NCBI GenBank assembly: GCA_963836235.1
Contig: CAWIIP010000001.1
Coordinates: 288,001-352,000, forward strand
Reading direction: 5' to 3'
DNA length: 64,000 nucleotides
DNA from: an uncultured Pseudomonadota bacterium
GTDB taxonomy: Bacteria > Oederibacteriota > Muellerivitia > Muellerivitales > Muellerivitaceae
Shown here: in pieces, positions 39,213 to 48,904 of the stretch
How positions within the stretch are numbered: the stretch's first letter is position 1
Layout: each line of letters begins with the position of its first letter
Translations under genes and position numbers: made by a program
Notes under the pieces: model-generated
What the model saw: the letters and a program-made list of their open reading frames with translations, nothing else
The model's database searches: none
Told to the model about the DNA's origin: nothing

Positions 39213-40375
39213 AAGCCCTTTTCAGCTAGAAAACGGGCCATGCGACGGGCTCCCTCATGGAAAATTTCTGGTTGGGGTAAAAGGCTGAGCACCAGAAAAC
39301 ATCCACACTCAAAATCATAAAAGCCTCCCGGTTGGATGAAAACCCGCTCTTTTTCCAGCAATGAAATCACCAGATCCGCGTCTTCCACTCCTCCTGTCAT
39401 CACTTCGAGCAAGGCGTACCAACCGCCTTGGGCGGGCCAAACCCTAATGGCCGGTAAATCCTGAAGCAATTGTTCGAGATGGGCCCGGTTGGAAAGGACA
39501 CGCTCGGTCAGTTGTTTTTGGAATTCCGGGGCGAATGCAAAGAGTTCCTGAAGGGCAAGCTGGACCGGTGTTCCGACAGAGAGGTAGGTATCGGCGATGA
39601 GTTCCAGGCGTTCCCGGCATTCCGCCAATCGATCCCCGGGGCCGTCCAGTACCATCCAGGACAACTTCAGCTGGGGCAGGCCCAGGCTCTTGGAAAGCCC
39701 CCCCAGCCGGAAAGAAAGCACTCCTGCCGGCATGCTTTGGGAAACCTGCCGCCCAGGGTAGGCGAATTCCGCGAAGACCTCATCCGAAATGTAAGCTAAT
39801 TCCCGCTTCCGGCAAAATTCGTCGACCATCGCCTGGTCGGTGACGCTTAAAAAACAGCCCGTGGGGTTATTCGGATTAACCACAACCAATCCTTTCACGC
39901 GGCTTTCGAAGGCCCCCTCGAGGCTTTCCAAATCCACTGGCCAAAAGGGAGTTTTTTTGAGGGAATAGGGAAGGGCCTTCACGCCTTCCAGTTGAACCAG
40001 GTGGTCCAGAAGGGGATAACCCGGAGCGGGAACTAGGAAGGAATCCGCAGGATCGGCTAGGAGTTTGAAAAGGTAGGAATAGGCTTCGCTTGTACTGGCA
40101 GTAAGGATGATGTTCTCTTCTCTTACCAGCTGTCCATGAGATTTTAAGTACTTCGCCACCGCCTTGCGGCCTTCCGGATGACCGAAGGGATGGGATTCAT
40201 ATCTCAGGGCCGATGAGGATGCGAGTCCTTTTAGCAGGTCGGGGGGATAGTCGAACCCGCATTGGGTTGGATTAGACTGGGTCAGGTCCAAAAGGGTGCC
40301 GACGGGAATAGTTTCGAGGGTCTTTGAGATAGAATTCGGAGATAAGTCCTGTGGTGTCCGTCGTGAAAATCGCAT
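39209..40375 (-). CDS. PLP-dependent aminotransferase class I/II
   Basis: VNPNNPTG, SDEVF, GLSKSLG (PLP Lys). Confidence 0.92.
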   Translation of the reverse strand: MRFSRRTPQDLSPNSISKTLETIPVGTLLDLTQSNPTQCGFDYPPDLLKGLASSSALRYESHPFGHPEGRKAVAKYLKSHGQLVREENIILTASTSEAYSYLFKLLADPADSFLVPAPGYPLLDHLVQLEGVKALPYSLKKTPFWPVDLESLEGAFESRVKGLVVVNPNNPTGCFLSVTDQAMVDEFCRKRELAYISDEVFAEFAYPGRQVSQSMPAGVLSFRLGGLSKSLGLPQLKLSWMVLDGPGDRLAECRERLELIADTYLSVGTPVQLALQELFAFAPEFQKQLTERVLSNRAHLEQLLQDLPAIRVWPAQGGWYALLEVMTGGVEDADLVISLLEKERVFIQPGGFYDFECGCFLVLSLLPQPEIFHEGARRMARFLAEKGF

Positions 40376-40718
40376 AAAACCACCCTAAAGTAAAACTTTA
40401 ACCCGTCGTTATTTTACTGATTCTAAAGCTAATTCAACCTTTTACGAGCTAAGGACTCCGGCCATTTTGGAATTTTGGAGGCTTTCCTAATTGGCATTAA
40501 ACCCAAAGGTGGGGTTTGCCAGTAAAAGGCCAGAAAAGATTCCCTTTTGCCCATTGCTGTCTTTGAAATCCCAAAATGTATCGGGTTGAAACATTTCGTT
40601 CCAATCCCATTTTGACCGATTTTGAGTCTCAAGGCAAAAGGTATGAAGATTGGTGACCATTCATAATCGTTCAAAAAAACACTGTTTAAATGTAAAATTG
40701 GCATGTTTTGGTCTCTGT

Positions 40719-40739
40719 CAAAACGAAAGTTTCGTTTTG
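40719..40739. repeat. Perfect 10-1-10 palindrome downstream of the recombinase gene
   Basis: CAAAACGAAA-G-TTTCGTTTTG. Confidence 0.8.
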
Positions 40740-40833
40740 GTTTTTTTGAGACCGCGGGAAGCTTCCAATTAAATTTGATAAATAAAGACTTAATCTGGAT
40801 ATTGACGGTTCTTTTTGGCTTTTTTTGGTCCTT

Positions 40834-41895
40834 TCAGTCCTTTTCAGATTTTCCAGGCAGGCCCCTTCGGCCCATGGCTCGGAAGCGCTTGAGGACTGAC
40901 TCAATTCCAAAGAAGCCCCCCAAGTTCAAGGCTTGGACCTTGTCGCCATCTTCGAAGGCCTTGCGGTGAGCCTGGCGGCCCTTGGTGGATGCCAGCTTCA
41001 CGTAATTTTCGCTCACCATGATGCTGGAATGGCCCATCAGATCGCGGATCTCGTAAACGCTAGCGCCTGATTCGGCCAATTGGGTGCCAAAGGAGTGGCG
41101 CAGGACGTGAACCGTTAATTCCTCTGGATGTTCCAGTTTGGCCCATTGGGCGGCTTTCTTGACCCAGGTCTCCAAATAATCAGGGTGAATGGGTTTTTGT
41201 TCGCTACTGGGGCTTGGAAACAGGTATGGGCCAATTTTTTCGGCTCCGTTCAGGTATAGCTTCAAGAGCTCCTTGAGGGCTTCAGTCATGGGGACAATAC
41301 GTTCCTTGTCGCCTTTGCCGATGACCGTGACGAGGCCTTGGGTTAAGTCCAAATCACGGAGCCTCAAATGAGCGATTTCCGAAACTCTCAGCCCGCAGTG
41401 GTAGCCCAGCAGAATCGTCAAACTTATTCTTTGGGACTCTAAATCGCCTGTTTGAAGGTTTTTGACCAAGGTGGCTCGATCCGAAGGGGCTAAAGGACGG
41501 GGATTTCGCTGGGGACTGCGGATGGTCAAGTTGTGGAAGACGGCCGTAGGGTCGTTGGTGATGTGCTGAATGGAGGCCAAGTAACGGTAGAAAGACCGCG
41601 TGGTAGAGAGAATACGCTTCATGGAACGCGTCGAATAGCCCGATCTGGCTTTACCGCTGGGGGTTAATCCGGCCTTGGCCAAGGAACCGGCGAAACGAAC
41701 CATATGCTCGGGTTGGGCGGCAGCCGGACTTGATAGGTTCAAGCTGTCCAAGAATTGCTTGAGAACCCGGAGATCCTGCTGGTAATTTTCTTTGGTGTGG
41801 GGAGATTTGCAAAACCCCAAAAAGCCGTCATAGGGCTTTATTTCAAGCAGATTGGGCAGGATTTGTTTTCGATTTGGTTCGGGTCGTGGGGTCAT
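40834..41895 (-). CDS. Xer-type tyrosine recombinase
   Basis: N-terminal SAM-like domain (T.ENY..DL...F), catalytic R (GLRVSE), K (GKGDKER), HxxR (HVLRH), H (MGHS), Y (ENYV). Confidence 0.93.
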   Translation of the reverse strand: MTPRPEPNRKQILPNLLEIKPYDGFLGFCKSPHTKENYQQDLRVLKQFLDSLNLSSPAAAQPEHMVRFAGSLAKAGLTPSGKARSGYSTRSMKRILSTTRSFYRYLASIQHITNDPTAVFHNLTIRSPQRNPRPLAPSDRATLVKNLQTGDLESQRISLTILLGYHCGLRVSEIAHLRLRDLDLTQGLVTVIGKGDKERIVPMTEALKELLKLYLNGAEKIGPYLFPSPSSEQKPIHPDYLETWVKKAAQWAKLEHPEELTVHVLRHSFGTQLAESGASVYEIRDLMGHSSIMVSENYVKLASTKGRQAHRKAFEDGDKVQALNLGGFFGIESVLKRFRAMGRRGLPGKSEKD

Positions 41896-41897
41896 AA

Positions 41898-41925
41898 GTT
41901 CGGTATATCTGTAATTATACCGAAC
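41898..41925. other. dif-like 28-bp recombination site (11-6-11)
   Basis: GTTCGGTATAT-CTGTAA-TTATACCGAAC, arms 10/11 inverted-identical, 2 bp from the recombinase ATG. Confidence 0.7.
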
Positions 41926-41942
41926 CGATAAATCGGTGGCAA
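41914..41942 (-). promoter_or_regulatory. Sigma70 promoter of the recombinase gene overlapping the dif-like site
   Basis: On the minus strand TTGCCA (41942-41937), 17 bp, TATAAT (41919-41914). Confidence 0.7.
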
Positions 41943-42033
41943 TTATTTTTTAGAGTTTAATTTCATCCAACTGGACTAGGTGCCGTTAACGTGGCGCTTC
42001 AACCGCTTGCCAACTTTTGTCCTGCCGCTCGGG

Positions 42034-42888
42034 TCAAAATGTCATTTGAAAAGACTCCCTGTGGTCCTGCGCCCATTCCCGGAACCTGTGCGGCGGTAAT
42101 CCGGTGACCTCCTCGACGGTGGGCGTGATCAGGACCGGCGTCCCAACCAAGGCGGGCCAAGCCGCCAAAAGCATGTCGACAACAGGGGCCGGCCACTTTT
42201 GGAACAATTCCACCCTGGCGACCGAGGGCGTCACCTCTTCAAAGCGCAAAGGGCGGCCGAGTACCTCTCCAATCACGCGGACTTGGTCCAGATGGCTCAG
42301 GGATTCAGGGCCCGTTAGGACATATTTGGCATGGTTGTGGCCCTCGTCCAGGAGCGCATGGACTGCCACGGCCGCGATATCCCTCTCGTGAATCGGCGCC
42401 GTCCGGGCGGCACCATAAGGCCAGCGCACAAGGTTCCCGGATCGGATCTGCGGCGCCCACCAAAGTCTGGCATTATTCATGAAGACGCCCGCCCGCAAGA
42501 AGGTCCAGCCGGATGGCCCCAAGGTGATCAGGCGTTCAATCTCAAAATGGATGGTCGACTCCCGATTGTTGTATACATCCACGCCGTCTCGGATGGTCAT
42601 ATTCGATAGAAATACGATTCTTTCAACCCGCCCGGCCAACTTTTCCAGGATCCGGGAAGCCGCGGTCAGCGGCGCGCACCAAATTAAAAAAACCGCGTCG
42701 ATCTCCCCCACGTCATCCAGACATTCCGGGTCCGTTAAATCCCCGTGCAAGAGTTCGACCTGCTTTGGAAGGCCAGGGGCTTCAGTTCTTCGCGTGAGAG
42801 CCTTCACGCGAACCCCCTTTTCCAACAGCTGGCGCACGACCTGGCCTTCGACATTACCCGTGGCTCCGATGACCAGAACAGGTTTCAC
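42034..42888 (-). CDS. NmrA-like NAD(P)H-binding protein
   Basis: VLVIGATGNV, WTFLR, PIHERDIAAVA, LTGPE. AGGAGG RBS. Confidence 0.88.
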   Translation of the reverse strand: MKPVLVIGATGNVEGQVVRQLLEKGVRVKALTRRTEAPGLPKQVELLHGDLTDPECLDDVGEIDAVFLIWCAPLTAASRILEKLAGRVERIVFLSNMTIRDGVDVYNNRESTIHFEIERLITLGPSGWTFLRAGVFMNNARLWWAPQIRSGNLVRWPYGAARTAPIHERDIAAVAVHALLDEGHNHAKYVLTGPESLSHLDQVRVIGEVLGRPLRFEEVTPSVARVELFQKWPAPVVDMLLAAWPALVGTPVLITPTVEEVTGLPPHRFREWAQDHRESFQMTF

Positions 42889-43027
42889 GATGATTCCTCC
42901 TAGGCTCTAAAAAGGCAAACGGGATGTAATTGAAACATCCTTTTGGCCGATTTTGAATTTAATGACGGTTTATTTTGACGATTGTCCGGTAGAAGGGCAG
43001 AGGGAGATACCCAACCGGTCCGTCTTT

Positions 43028-43810
43028 TTAGGCCGGCTCGGAGAGGAACCCATCTAGGATTTTCTGGAATCCGGCCGGGTCTTCCAACGGAACCAAGTGG
43101 CCAACGCCTTCCAGGAGCCGAAGGTTGCTTCCGGGTATGGTCTTGGCCATGGTTTCGGCTTCCGTTGAAGGGATCAAGGCGTCCTCAAGGCCGGCCACCA
43201 CCCAGGTTTTGACCTTTAAGCCCGCCATCAGCCCCGTTTGGTCCCGGCGGTCGGCCATGGTGCGCTGGGCCAAGGCCACGGCGGCCGGGTCGGTCTTTTG
43301 AATCCAGTCCGTCAACCGCTTCGCGGCCAGGGGTTTCTTGGTCAAAGTGGACTTGCCCAAGAGGCCAGGAATCATGGCCTCAGCGAGGAATCCAACACCT
43401 TCTTTTTCAACGCGGTCGGCCATTTTAAGGCGGTTCTGCCGGGCTTCCGGCTTGTCCAATCCGGGCCTGGTGGAAACGAATAACACCTTATCCACCTGAT
43501 GCGGAAATTGGCGGATGAATTCCATGGCCCAGTAACCGCCCATCGAGATGCCGCCGAGAATAACGGGTTCATGAATTCCCTTTTGAATTAAATGATTTTC
43601 GAGGCCCTGAGCGGCTTCGACCAGTGATAATCCTGCCGGTGCCAAAGGTGAATTACCAAAACCGGGGAAATCAGGCAGGATTAATTGAAATCCCGGCGGA
43701 GGCGTCAGATACATCCAAAGTTGGTTCGAAAGCGGAAAGGCGTGCAAAAGAACAACGGGTTTACCAAAGCCCAACTGATAAGACTCAAGTTGCGGGACGC
43801 TCATAAGCAC
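43028..43810 (-). CDS. Alpha/beta hydrolase
   Basis: LLHAFP, PDFPGFG, GISMGG, ED, GH catalytic motifs. Confidence 0.92.
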   Translation of the reverse strand: MLMSVPQLESYQLGFGKPVVLLHAFPLSNQLWMYLTPPPGFQLILPDFPGFGNSPLAPAGLSLVEAAQGLENHLIQKGIHEPVILGGISMGGYWAMEFIRQFPHQVDKVLFVSTRPGLDKPEARQNRLKMADRVEKEGVGFLAEAMIPGLLGKSTLTKKPLAAKRLTDWIQKTDPAAVALAQRTMADRRDQTGLMAGLKVKTWVVAGLEDALIPSTEAETMAKTIPGSNLRLLEGVGHLVPLEDPAGFQKILDGFLSEPA

Positions 43811-43857
43811 CTCGTTAAATTGAACTTAATGGGTAGATGCCAAAGCTTTGCTTTAGG

Positions 43858-44832
43858 TTACGGAGCTAATTCTTTTAAATGAAAAACGGGTGTTTTGGGC
43901 TTCCGTCCACTTAGCGCCAAATGAATGTTTTCTGCGGCCAAAAGGGCCATTTGATCCCGGGTTTCCGTCGTGCCGCTCCCCAAATGGGGCAGGAGGGTGC
44001 AGTTGACGAGGCCTAGGAGCGAAGGATCAATCTTGGGTTCGAATTCATAAACGTCCAAACCGGCGGAATGGATAGTTCCCTTTTCAAGGGCCTGAGCCAA
44101 GGCCTTTTCATCGTGAATGGGCCCCCGGGCCGTATTGATGAAGATAGCCGTTTTTTTCATTTTGCGAAATTCTTTTGAGGTGAAACGGTGGCGGGTCTTG
44201 GGCGTTAAGGGGGCATTGACACTCAAAAAATCAGAACACTCTAGAAGGATTTCGAAAGGCACATACTTGGCGTTCAACCGCCGTTCCAAAGACGCGGGAA
44301 CCCGGTGCCGTTGGTGGTAAAGGATTTTCATGTCCCATCCCCTTCCCCGGCGGGCGACGGCCTGGCCGATGCGCCCAAAGCCATAGAGGCCAAGCGTTTT
44401 GCCAGACAAATCCAGCCCCAACAGCATCAAGGAATGCCAACCCTTAAATTTTCTAGCCCGGACCAGCCTTTCGCCTTCGGGGATTCGTCTAGCGCAAGCC
44501 AAAAGAAGCGCCCACACGATGTCAGCAGTGGCTTCCGTCAGGACTTCTGGAGTGTTGGTGACCCAGATACCACGGTCCTTGGCGGTTTCAATATCAATGT
44601 TGTTATAACCAACGGCGTAATTGGCCACGCATTTCAATTGGGGGGCGCCTTGAAAAACCTTCCGAGAAATGGGGTCGGCTAGGGTGGTTAATAAGGCTTG
44701 GAAGGGTTTTACTTGGATGATCAGTTGAGATTCGGTCAGTTGTTTTCGATTCCAAGTGACTTGGTAATACCTAGACAGGTATTCAAAAGCCACCACTGGA
44801 ATTTGATTGGTAATCAGAACCCGTTTTTTCAA
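43858..44832 (-). CDS. D-2-hydroxyacid dehydrogenase (glyoxylate/hydroxypyruvate reductase-like)
   Basis: AVGYNNID, GFGRIG, INTARG, GLDVYEFEP, PHLGS. Confidence 0.93.
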   Translation of the reverse strand: MKKRVLITNQIPVVAFEYLSRYYQVTWNRKQLTESQLIIQVKPFQALLTTLADPISRKVFQGAPQLKCVANYAVGYNNIDIETAKDRGIWVTNTPEVLTEATADIVWALLLACARRIPEGERLVRARKFKGWHSLMLLGLDLSGKTLGLYGFGRIGQAVARRGRGWDMKILYHQRHRVPASLERRLNAKYVPFEILLECSDFLSVNAPLTPKTRHRFTSKEFRKMKKTAIFINTARGPIHDEKALAQALEKGTIHSAGLDVYEFEPKIDPSLLGLVNCTLLPHLGSGTTETRDQMALLAAENIHLALSGRKPKTPVFHLKELAP

Positions 44833-44856
44833 GGAAACCCCTGAATTTTGATGAAA

Positions 44857-45519
44857 TCAGGTTCCGGGAGTTACGGTTCCGGTTGGAGTGATTGTCTCTT
44901 TGGGATTCACTACGTTAGTGATTTTTTGCCATAAACTAGGTGGAGGCGTGGGCGTTACAGTGGGGGTGGTTGTTGCCGTAGGGGAAACCCTTGCATCCAG
45001 AAGGATTTGTCGGTCATGTCCCCCGTTCTCGAATGATGGGGTTCCCTGAATATTAACTCGATACATCACATTGACCATCTCAATCAGATCGGTTTCGATG
45101 GCGTATTCGGATTTTTTAAGGTTATAGAATTTGCCATATATTGTTATTTTTGTTCCTTTTTGCAATTGTTCCAGTTCGTGAAGATCTCCAACACTCGTGT
45201 GGATCAAAAGAATAGGGAATGAATAATGGAAATCATCCTTTTCTTCGATCGTAAACTGCAAAAGATTATAATCCGCGACATTGTCCCCGATAGCATTTAA
45301 GCGTTCCTTGTAAGTGTAAGGCGACAACCATTTATAAGATGAAAAATGGCCGGTGACTTGAATGAGCCTTCCATCGTTGATCTCTAAGTAATGGGACCGT
45401 AAAAAGTCCAAATTAATTGATTCATAATTTGAAATGTAATAATCGGGAGCGGGCTTAGCGATCATCGATCCGGTTAATAAAAGGATCAAAAAAAGTGACG
45501 AAAGAATAATTTTTTTCAA
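44857..45519 (-). CDS. Secreted hypothetical protein (possible OB-fold) with Thr/Pro tail
   Basis: Signal peptide, GRLIQVTG...LQKGTKITIYGKF, TPTVTPTP tail. Confidence 0.6.
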   Translation of the reverse strand: MKKIILSSLFLILLLTGSMIAKPAPDYYISNYESINLDFLRSHYLEINDGRLIQVTGHFSSYKWLSPYTYKERLNAIGDNVADYNLLQFTIEEKDDFHYSFPILLIHTSVGDLHELEQLQKGTKITIYGKFYNLKKSEYAIETDLIEMVNVMYRVNIQGTPSFENGGHDRQILLDARVSPTATTTPTVTPTPPPSLWQKITNVVNPKETITPTGTVTPGT

Positions 45520-45644
45520 AAACCGACTCCTTGAAGGACTGGCATCGTTTTGAAGCGCCTTATTATAACGGCTCCCATGGGTGTCACCAACTGCTTTTTA
45601 CCGTCTTCGGCTAATGGGTGAAGTCAAAATACGATGATTTTAAC

Positions 45645-48600
45645 TTAAAACATTGGGGCTAGGTTGAAGTGAAAGGTTGGCGGAAGGGATTGGTCCAACC
45701 TCCAGGCAACATCAAATCGGAACATGACCAATGCTCTTTGGTAGAGAAAGGTGTAGAAACGAATTCCGGTTCCAACGCTGCTCAAAACCTGTGAATTCGA
45801 AAAATCTTGCAATTGATCGGACACGACGCCAGCATCCAGAAAAGCCGCCAACTCAATGTCTTTGATCAAGAATAAAGACAAAGGTTGCGGTATGAAATTC
45901 ATATTGGTCGCAATGGGATAGCGTAGTTCGGTGTTCAAGAGGCCCAAATTACTTCCAAAAAAAGTATCGCCGCCATAACCCCGAATAGTCGTGAAATAAG
46001 CTTGAAAGGGGGCGTCATCCCCAATGAAAAAAGTTTGGGGATTGGGTCCTTGGGATGTCATTGCGATGAAACGATTTGCCCAAACCAAATGGTTTAAAAA
46101 ACCGATATCGGCAAAAGCCTGTGTTTCAAATAGCAGATTGGCAAAGGAAATGTTGGAATCTAAAACCGGTAGCGCATGCAGGAGAGTGAAATTTAAGGCG
46201 TAGCCGCTGCTCGGCCAAAACTGTGTTCCCTTTCGCTTGTCTTGGATAAACGAAAGGCGATAGTAATTTGCCACGTTCCATTGATCCGTATTAAGGGAAT
46301 AATTAGAGATTCCTTCCGAGAATTGCAGGTAAATGGGACTGCCCAGAAAACGCTGGGTACCAACACCGTATTCAAAACGAGTAGTTGTATTAATGGGATA
46401 ACTAAAATTTAAGGAAAATCCATTTTCATTGTTTCTGTACTGATTAACGATGTCCCCAGTCTGGAGATCATAAATATTGAAGTAATTTTGATAATAGAAC
46501 AAATCCAGATCTATGGTCGTTCGCCATTGCGAAAACTCATAATTTGCCTCAACCCCTGTTCGAACTCCTGGAATGGTATCGCCGAGTATTCCCAAACGAT
46601 GGTCTCCTAAATTATCGCTTAATTGGGCTATTCCACCGCCCACGAACCCAAAAGAACTGTCGTAGCCCGCTAGGAAAAGAAGAATGTCGGGTGATAAGGT
46701 TAATTTGTAATCACTTGTGGTTGTTTTAAAGGAAGGATGAACTTCCGCAATGGGAGAAGGATCGCTTTCCCCCACGTTGTTCACCGCAGTGACGTAATAA
46801 AAATAAGTACCGTCGTTTTGAACGTCGTAATCGACATATCGGCCCTTTTTTGAATCAGTACTGGAGGTAGTGGCCAGGTATGCGAATCTAGCGCCGGCGG
46901 ATCTGGAACGATATATTTTGTAATTATCGACAGAATCAACAACGGCGTTTTCTGTGGGCCATTGAAGCTGGATAATGTTTGTCGCTTCTGATACTTCGAG
47001 GTGTGTAATCACGGACGGAGGCCTGCCGGACGACTTTTTTTCCAGAACCACCTCCGGCTCGTCACGATCATGGTCAATATTGACCGGTATTTCAAAATCT
47101 TTAACGGGCTCATTTGCGGCGATTGCAGGAATTATTTTCCCTGCATTCCCAAAAGAGTTGGCGATATATTTTAAATCATAAGGAGGGTTTTCTCCTTTTT
47201 CCAATTTCTCCGATGGGTAGGCATAGAGGCTCTCTTTGGTGTGCTGGTATAGTACGGGGTAAAGTACCGATTCGTCGGGGGAAAGGGAAAAATTCAAAAC
47301 ATCGGCGAATGTGCCGGTTAATTGAATTATAGAATCACCGGCAGGGCTCATTTTAAATAAATTAAAAATGCCTTTGTTCCGGTTTGAAGTGAAATAAATC
47401 GCAGTTTTGGTTAACTGAAAACTAGAAATGGTTCCAAGGTTTTTGCCGACAACCACTGGCTGGCCTTGGGGTAATCCATTCTCCCCTAGTGTTACCTTTT
47501 CAATTTGGGTGTTTCCGTCCTCTTCGGATAGATAATAAAGAAATTTTTGATCGGCGGAATAAGAAGCCCAGGATTCGCCTGCAAAATTATCCGTCAAACG
47601 ATCCACGTGCTTTGTGGCAATTTCATAACGGTATAAATCAACTGTTTTATAGTCAAACCCGGAAAAAACAATGTAGCGCTGATCGGGTGACCAGGCCGGA
47701 GAATAAACCGTTGGAAGACCATTTAAGGGACATTCTGAAAGTTTGAGGCTCTTCATTTCCAGCGTGTAGAGACCATATTCGCCTTCGCGACTGGCGGCAA
47801 AAGCCAGGAAATTTCCATCTGGGGACCAGGCCAGTCCGGATCCTTGAGGTTCGAAATGACGGTTCAAAATTTTTATTTTTTTCTTTGTAGCCGGGTCGTA
47901 GAGATCCAATTCCCCATTTTTGAGTAAGGCGATTTTCTTTCCATCGGGCGAGACAGCGCTTTTGGCCACGTCCTTTTCAATAGAGTCACCATAGCGTTCG
48001 GGCGAAGGCATTCCCTCGATTCTGGCCCACGTTTGAGATTTCATATAAAAATGCCAATTGTCGTAAAACTCATCGAGAGAAATCCCCAGAACATTTTTGA
48101 TGGCCGTATCAGGAGGTTGATTGGCCGCCATGCGCTTAAACAGTTGGACCACTTTTCCGTCGCCATAAACCTGGGTGACGTAGTCCAGTAGACTCTGGGA
48201 TTCCTTGTAGGCTACATAGACTTGTTCAAAATGATCGAACGATTCCATCAGGCTGAGTGGCATCACTTGGTCGTTTAATATTGCGTCCCTTAAAACCATC
48301 TCACCTTGAGCATCCAAATGTTGAGCGTTCCATTCCGCCATGCCTTCCATCATCCAATTTGGAACAAAAACAGCTTTGAACAAATTGACCGACCGCCACC
48401 CTTCCCCATAAATTAAATCGTATTGAAAAGCATGAGTCAACTCGTGGTGGATGACTTTCTCGAACTCGTGGTACGACCCATCCATGGGAACGGCGATTCG
48501 GTTTTTGAAAACTTCAGTAAAACCGCCCACGCCTTCCTGCAAAATTTCGGGGGTAATGTTGGTTTCCTCGAATTCCATCGGTGTGGCATAAATAAACAAT

Positions 48601-48875
48601 GGAATCTTGGTTCGAGGAACAAAATCAAAAGTCTCGCAGGTCTTTACAAAAGCTTTTTCCGCGTCATCCGCCGCAGTTTGGGCTAAAGTTTCGCATTTTT
48701 CGTAGAAATAAATTTGAAAGTGCTCGGTCTCCAGGATTTTCCAATGATGGTCGGTATGGTATCGAACCTTATTCGACCCAAATCCCAAATCTTGGGCCTG
48801 GGAAGAGGCGGCCATTAACGACAAAATAAAAAGTAGGAGTAACCGGGCAAGCTGGAATTGAAAAAAAAACTTCAT
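45645..48875 (-). CDS. Metallopeptidase + PD40 beta-propeller + FN3 + Omp85 beta-barrel protein
   Basis: HELTH...WMMEGMAE gluzincin, WSPDG repeats, YKIYRS...YYVTAVNNVGES FN3, IRGY and terminal Phe of the Omp85 barrel. Confidence 0.85.
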   Translation of the reverse strand: MKFFFQFQLARLLLLFILSLMAASSQAQDLGFGSNKVRYHTDHHWKILETEHFQIYFYEKCETLAQTAADDAEKAFVKTCETFDFVPRTKIPLFIYATPMEFEETNITPEILQEGVGGFTEVFKNRIAVPMDGSYHEFEKVIHHELTHAFQYDLIYGEGWRSVNLFKAVFVPNWMMEGMAEWNAQHLDAQGEMVLRDAILNDQVMPLSLMESFDHFEQVYVAYKESQSLLDYVTQVYGDGKVVQLFKRMAANQPPDTAIKNVLGISLDEFYDNWHFYMKSQTWARIEGMPSPERYGDSIEKDVAKSAVSPDGKKIALLKNGELDLYDPATKKKIKILNRHFEPQGSGLAWSPDGNFLAFAASREGEYGLYTLEMKSLKLSECPLNGLPTVYSPAWSPDQRYIVFSGFDYKTVDLYRYEIATKHVDRLTDNFAGESWASYSADQKFLYYLSEEDGNTQIEKVTLGENGLPQGQPVVVGKNLGTISSFQLTKTAIYFTSNRNKGIFNLFKMSPAGDSIIQLTGTFADVLNFSLSPDESVLYPVLYQHTKESLYAYPSEKLEKGENPPYDLKYIANSFGNAGKIIPAIAANEPVKDFEIPVNIDHDRDEPEVVLEKKSSGRPPSVITHLEVSEATNIIQLQWPTENAVVDSVDNYKIYRSRSAGARFAYLATTSSTDSKKGRYVDYDVQNDGTYFYYVTAVNNVGESDPSPIAEVHPSFKTTTSDYKLTLSPDILLFLAGYDSSFGFVGGGIAQLSDNLGDHRLGILGDTIPGVRTGVEANYEFSQWRTTIDLDLFYYQNYFNIYDLQTGDIVNQYRNNENGFSLNFSYPINTTTRFEYGVGTQRFLGSPIYLQFSEGISNYSLNTDQWNVANYYRLSFIQDKRKGTQFWPSSGYALNFTLLHALPVLDSNISFANLLFETQAFADIGFLNHLVWANRFIAMTSQGPNPQTFFIGDDAPFQAYFTTIRGYGGDTFFGSNLGLLNTELRYPIATNMNFIPQPLSLFLIKDIELAAFLDAGVVSDQLQDFSNSQVLSSVGTGIRFYTFLYQRALVMFRFDVAWRLDQSLPPTFHFNLAPMF

Positions 48876-48904
48876 TCAAAACCCTTCATAGGGTGAACAA
48901 TAGA

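Noticed and set aside
40429-40969. Short ORFs in the gap downstream of the recombinase
   Set aside because: No RBS or recognisable motifs, and mutually overlapping. Treated as non-coding.
38326-41895. Recombinase as an integrase of an island inserted at tRNA-Arg
   Set aside because: I found no duplicated tRNA 3' end (att site), housekeeping-type genes lie between them, and there is no phage or conjugation cargo.
40834-42888. Integron integrase with cassettes
   Set aside because: The protein lacks the IntI-specific insertion between the K and HxxR motifs, and I saw no attC-like repeats.
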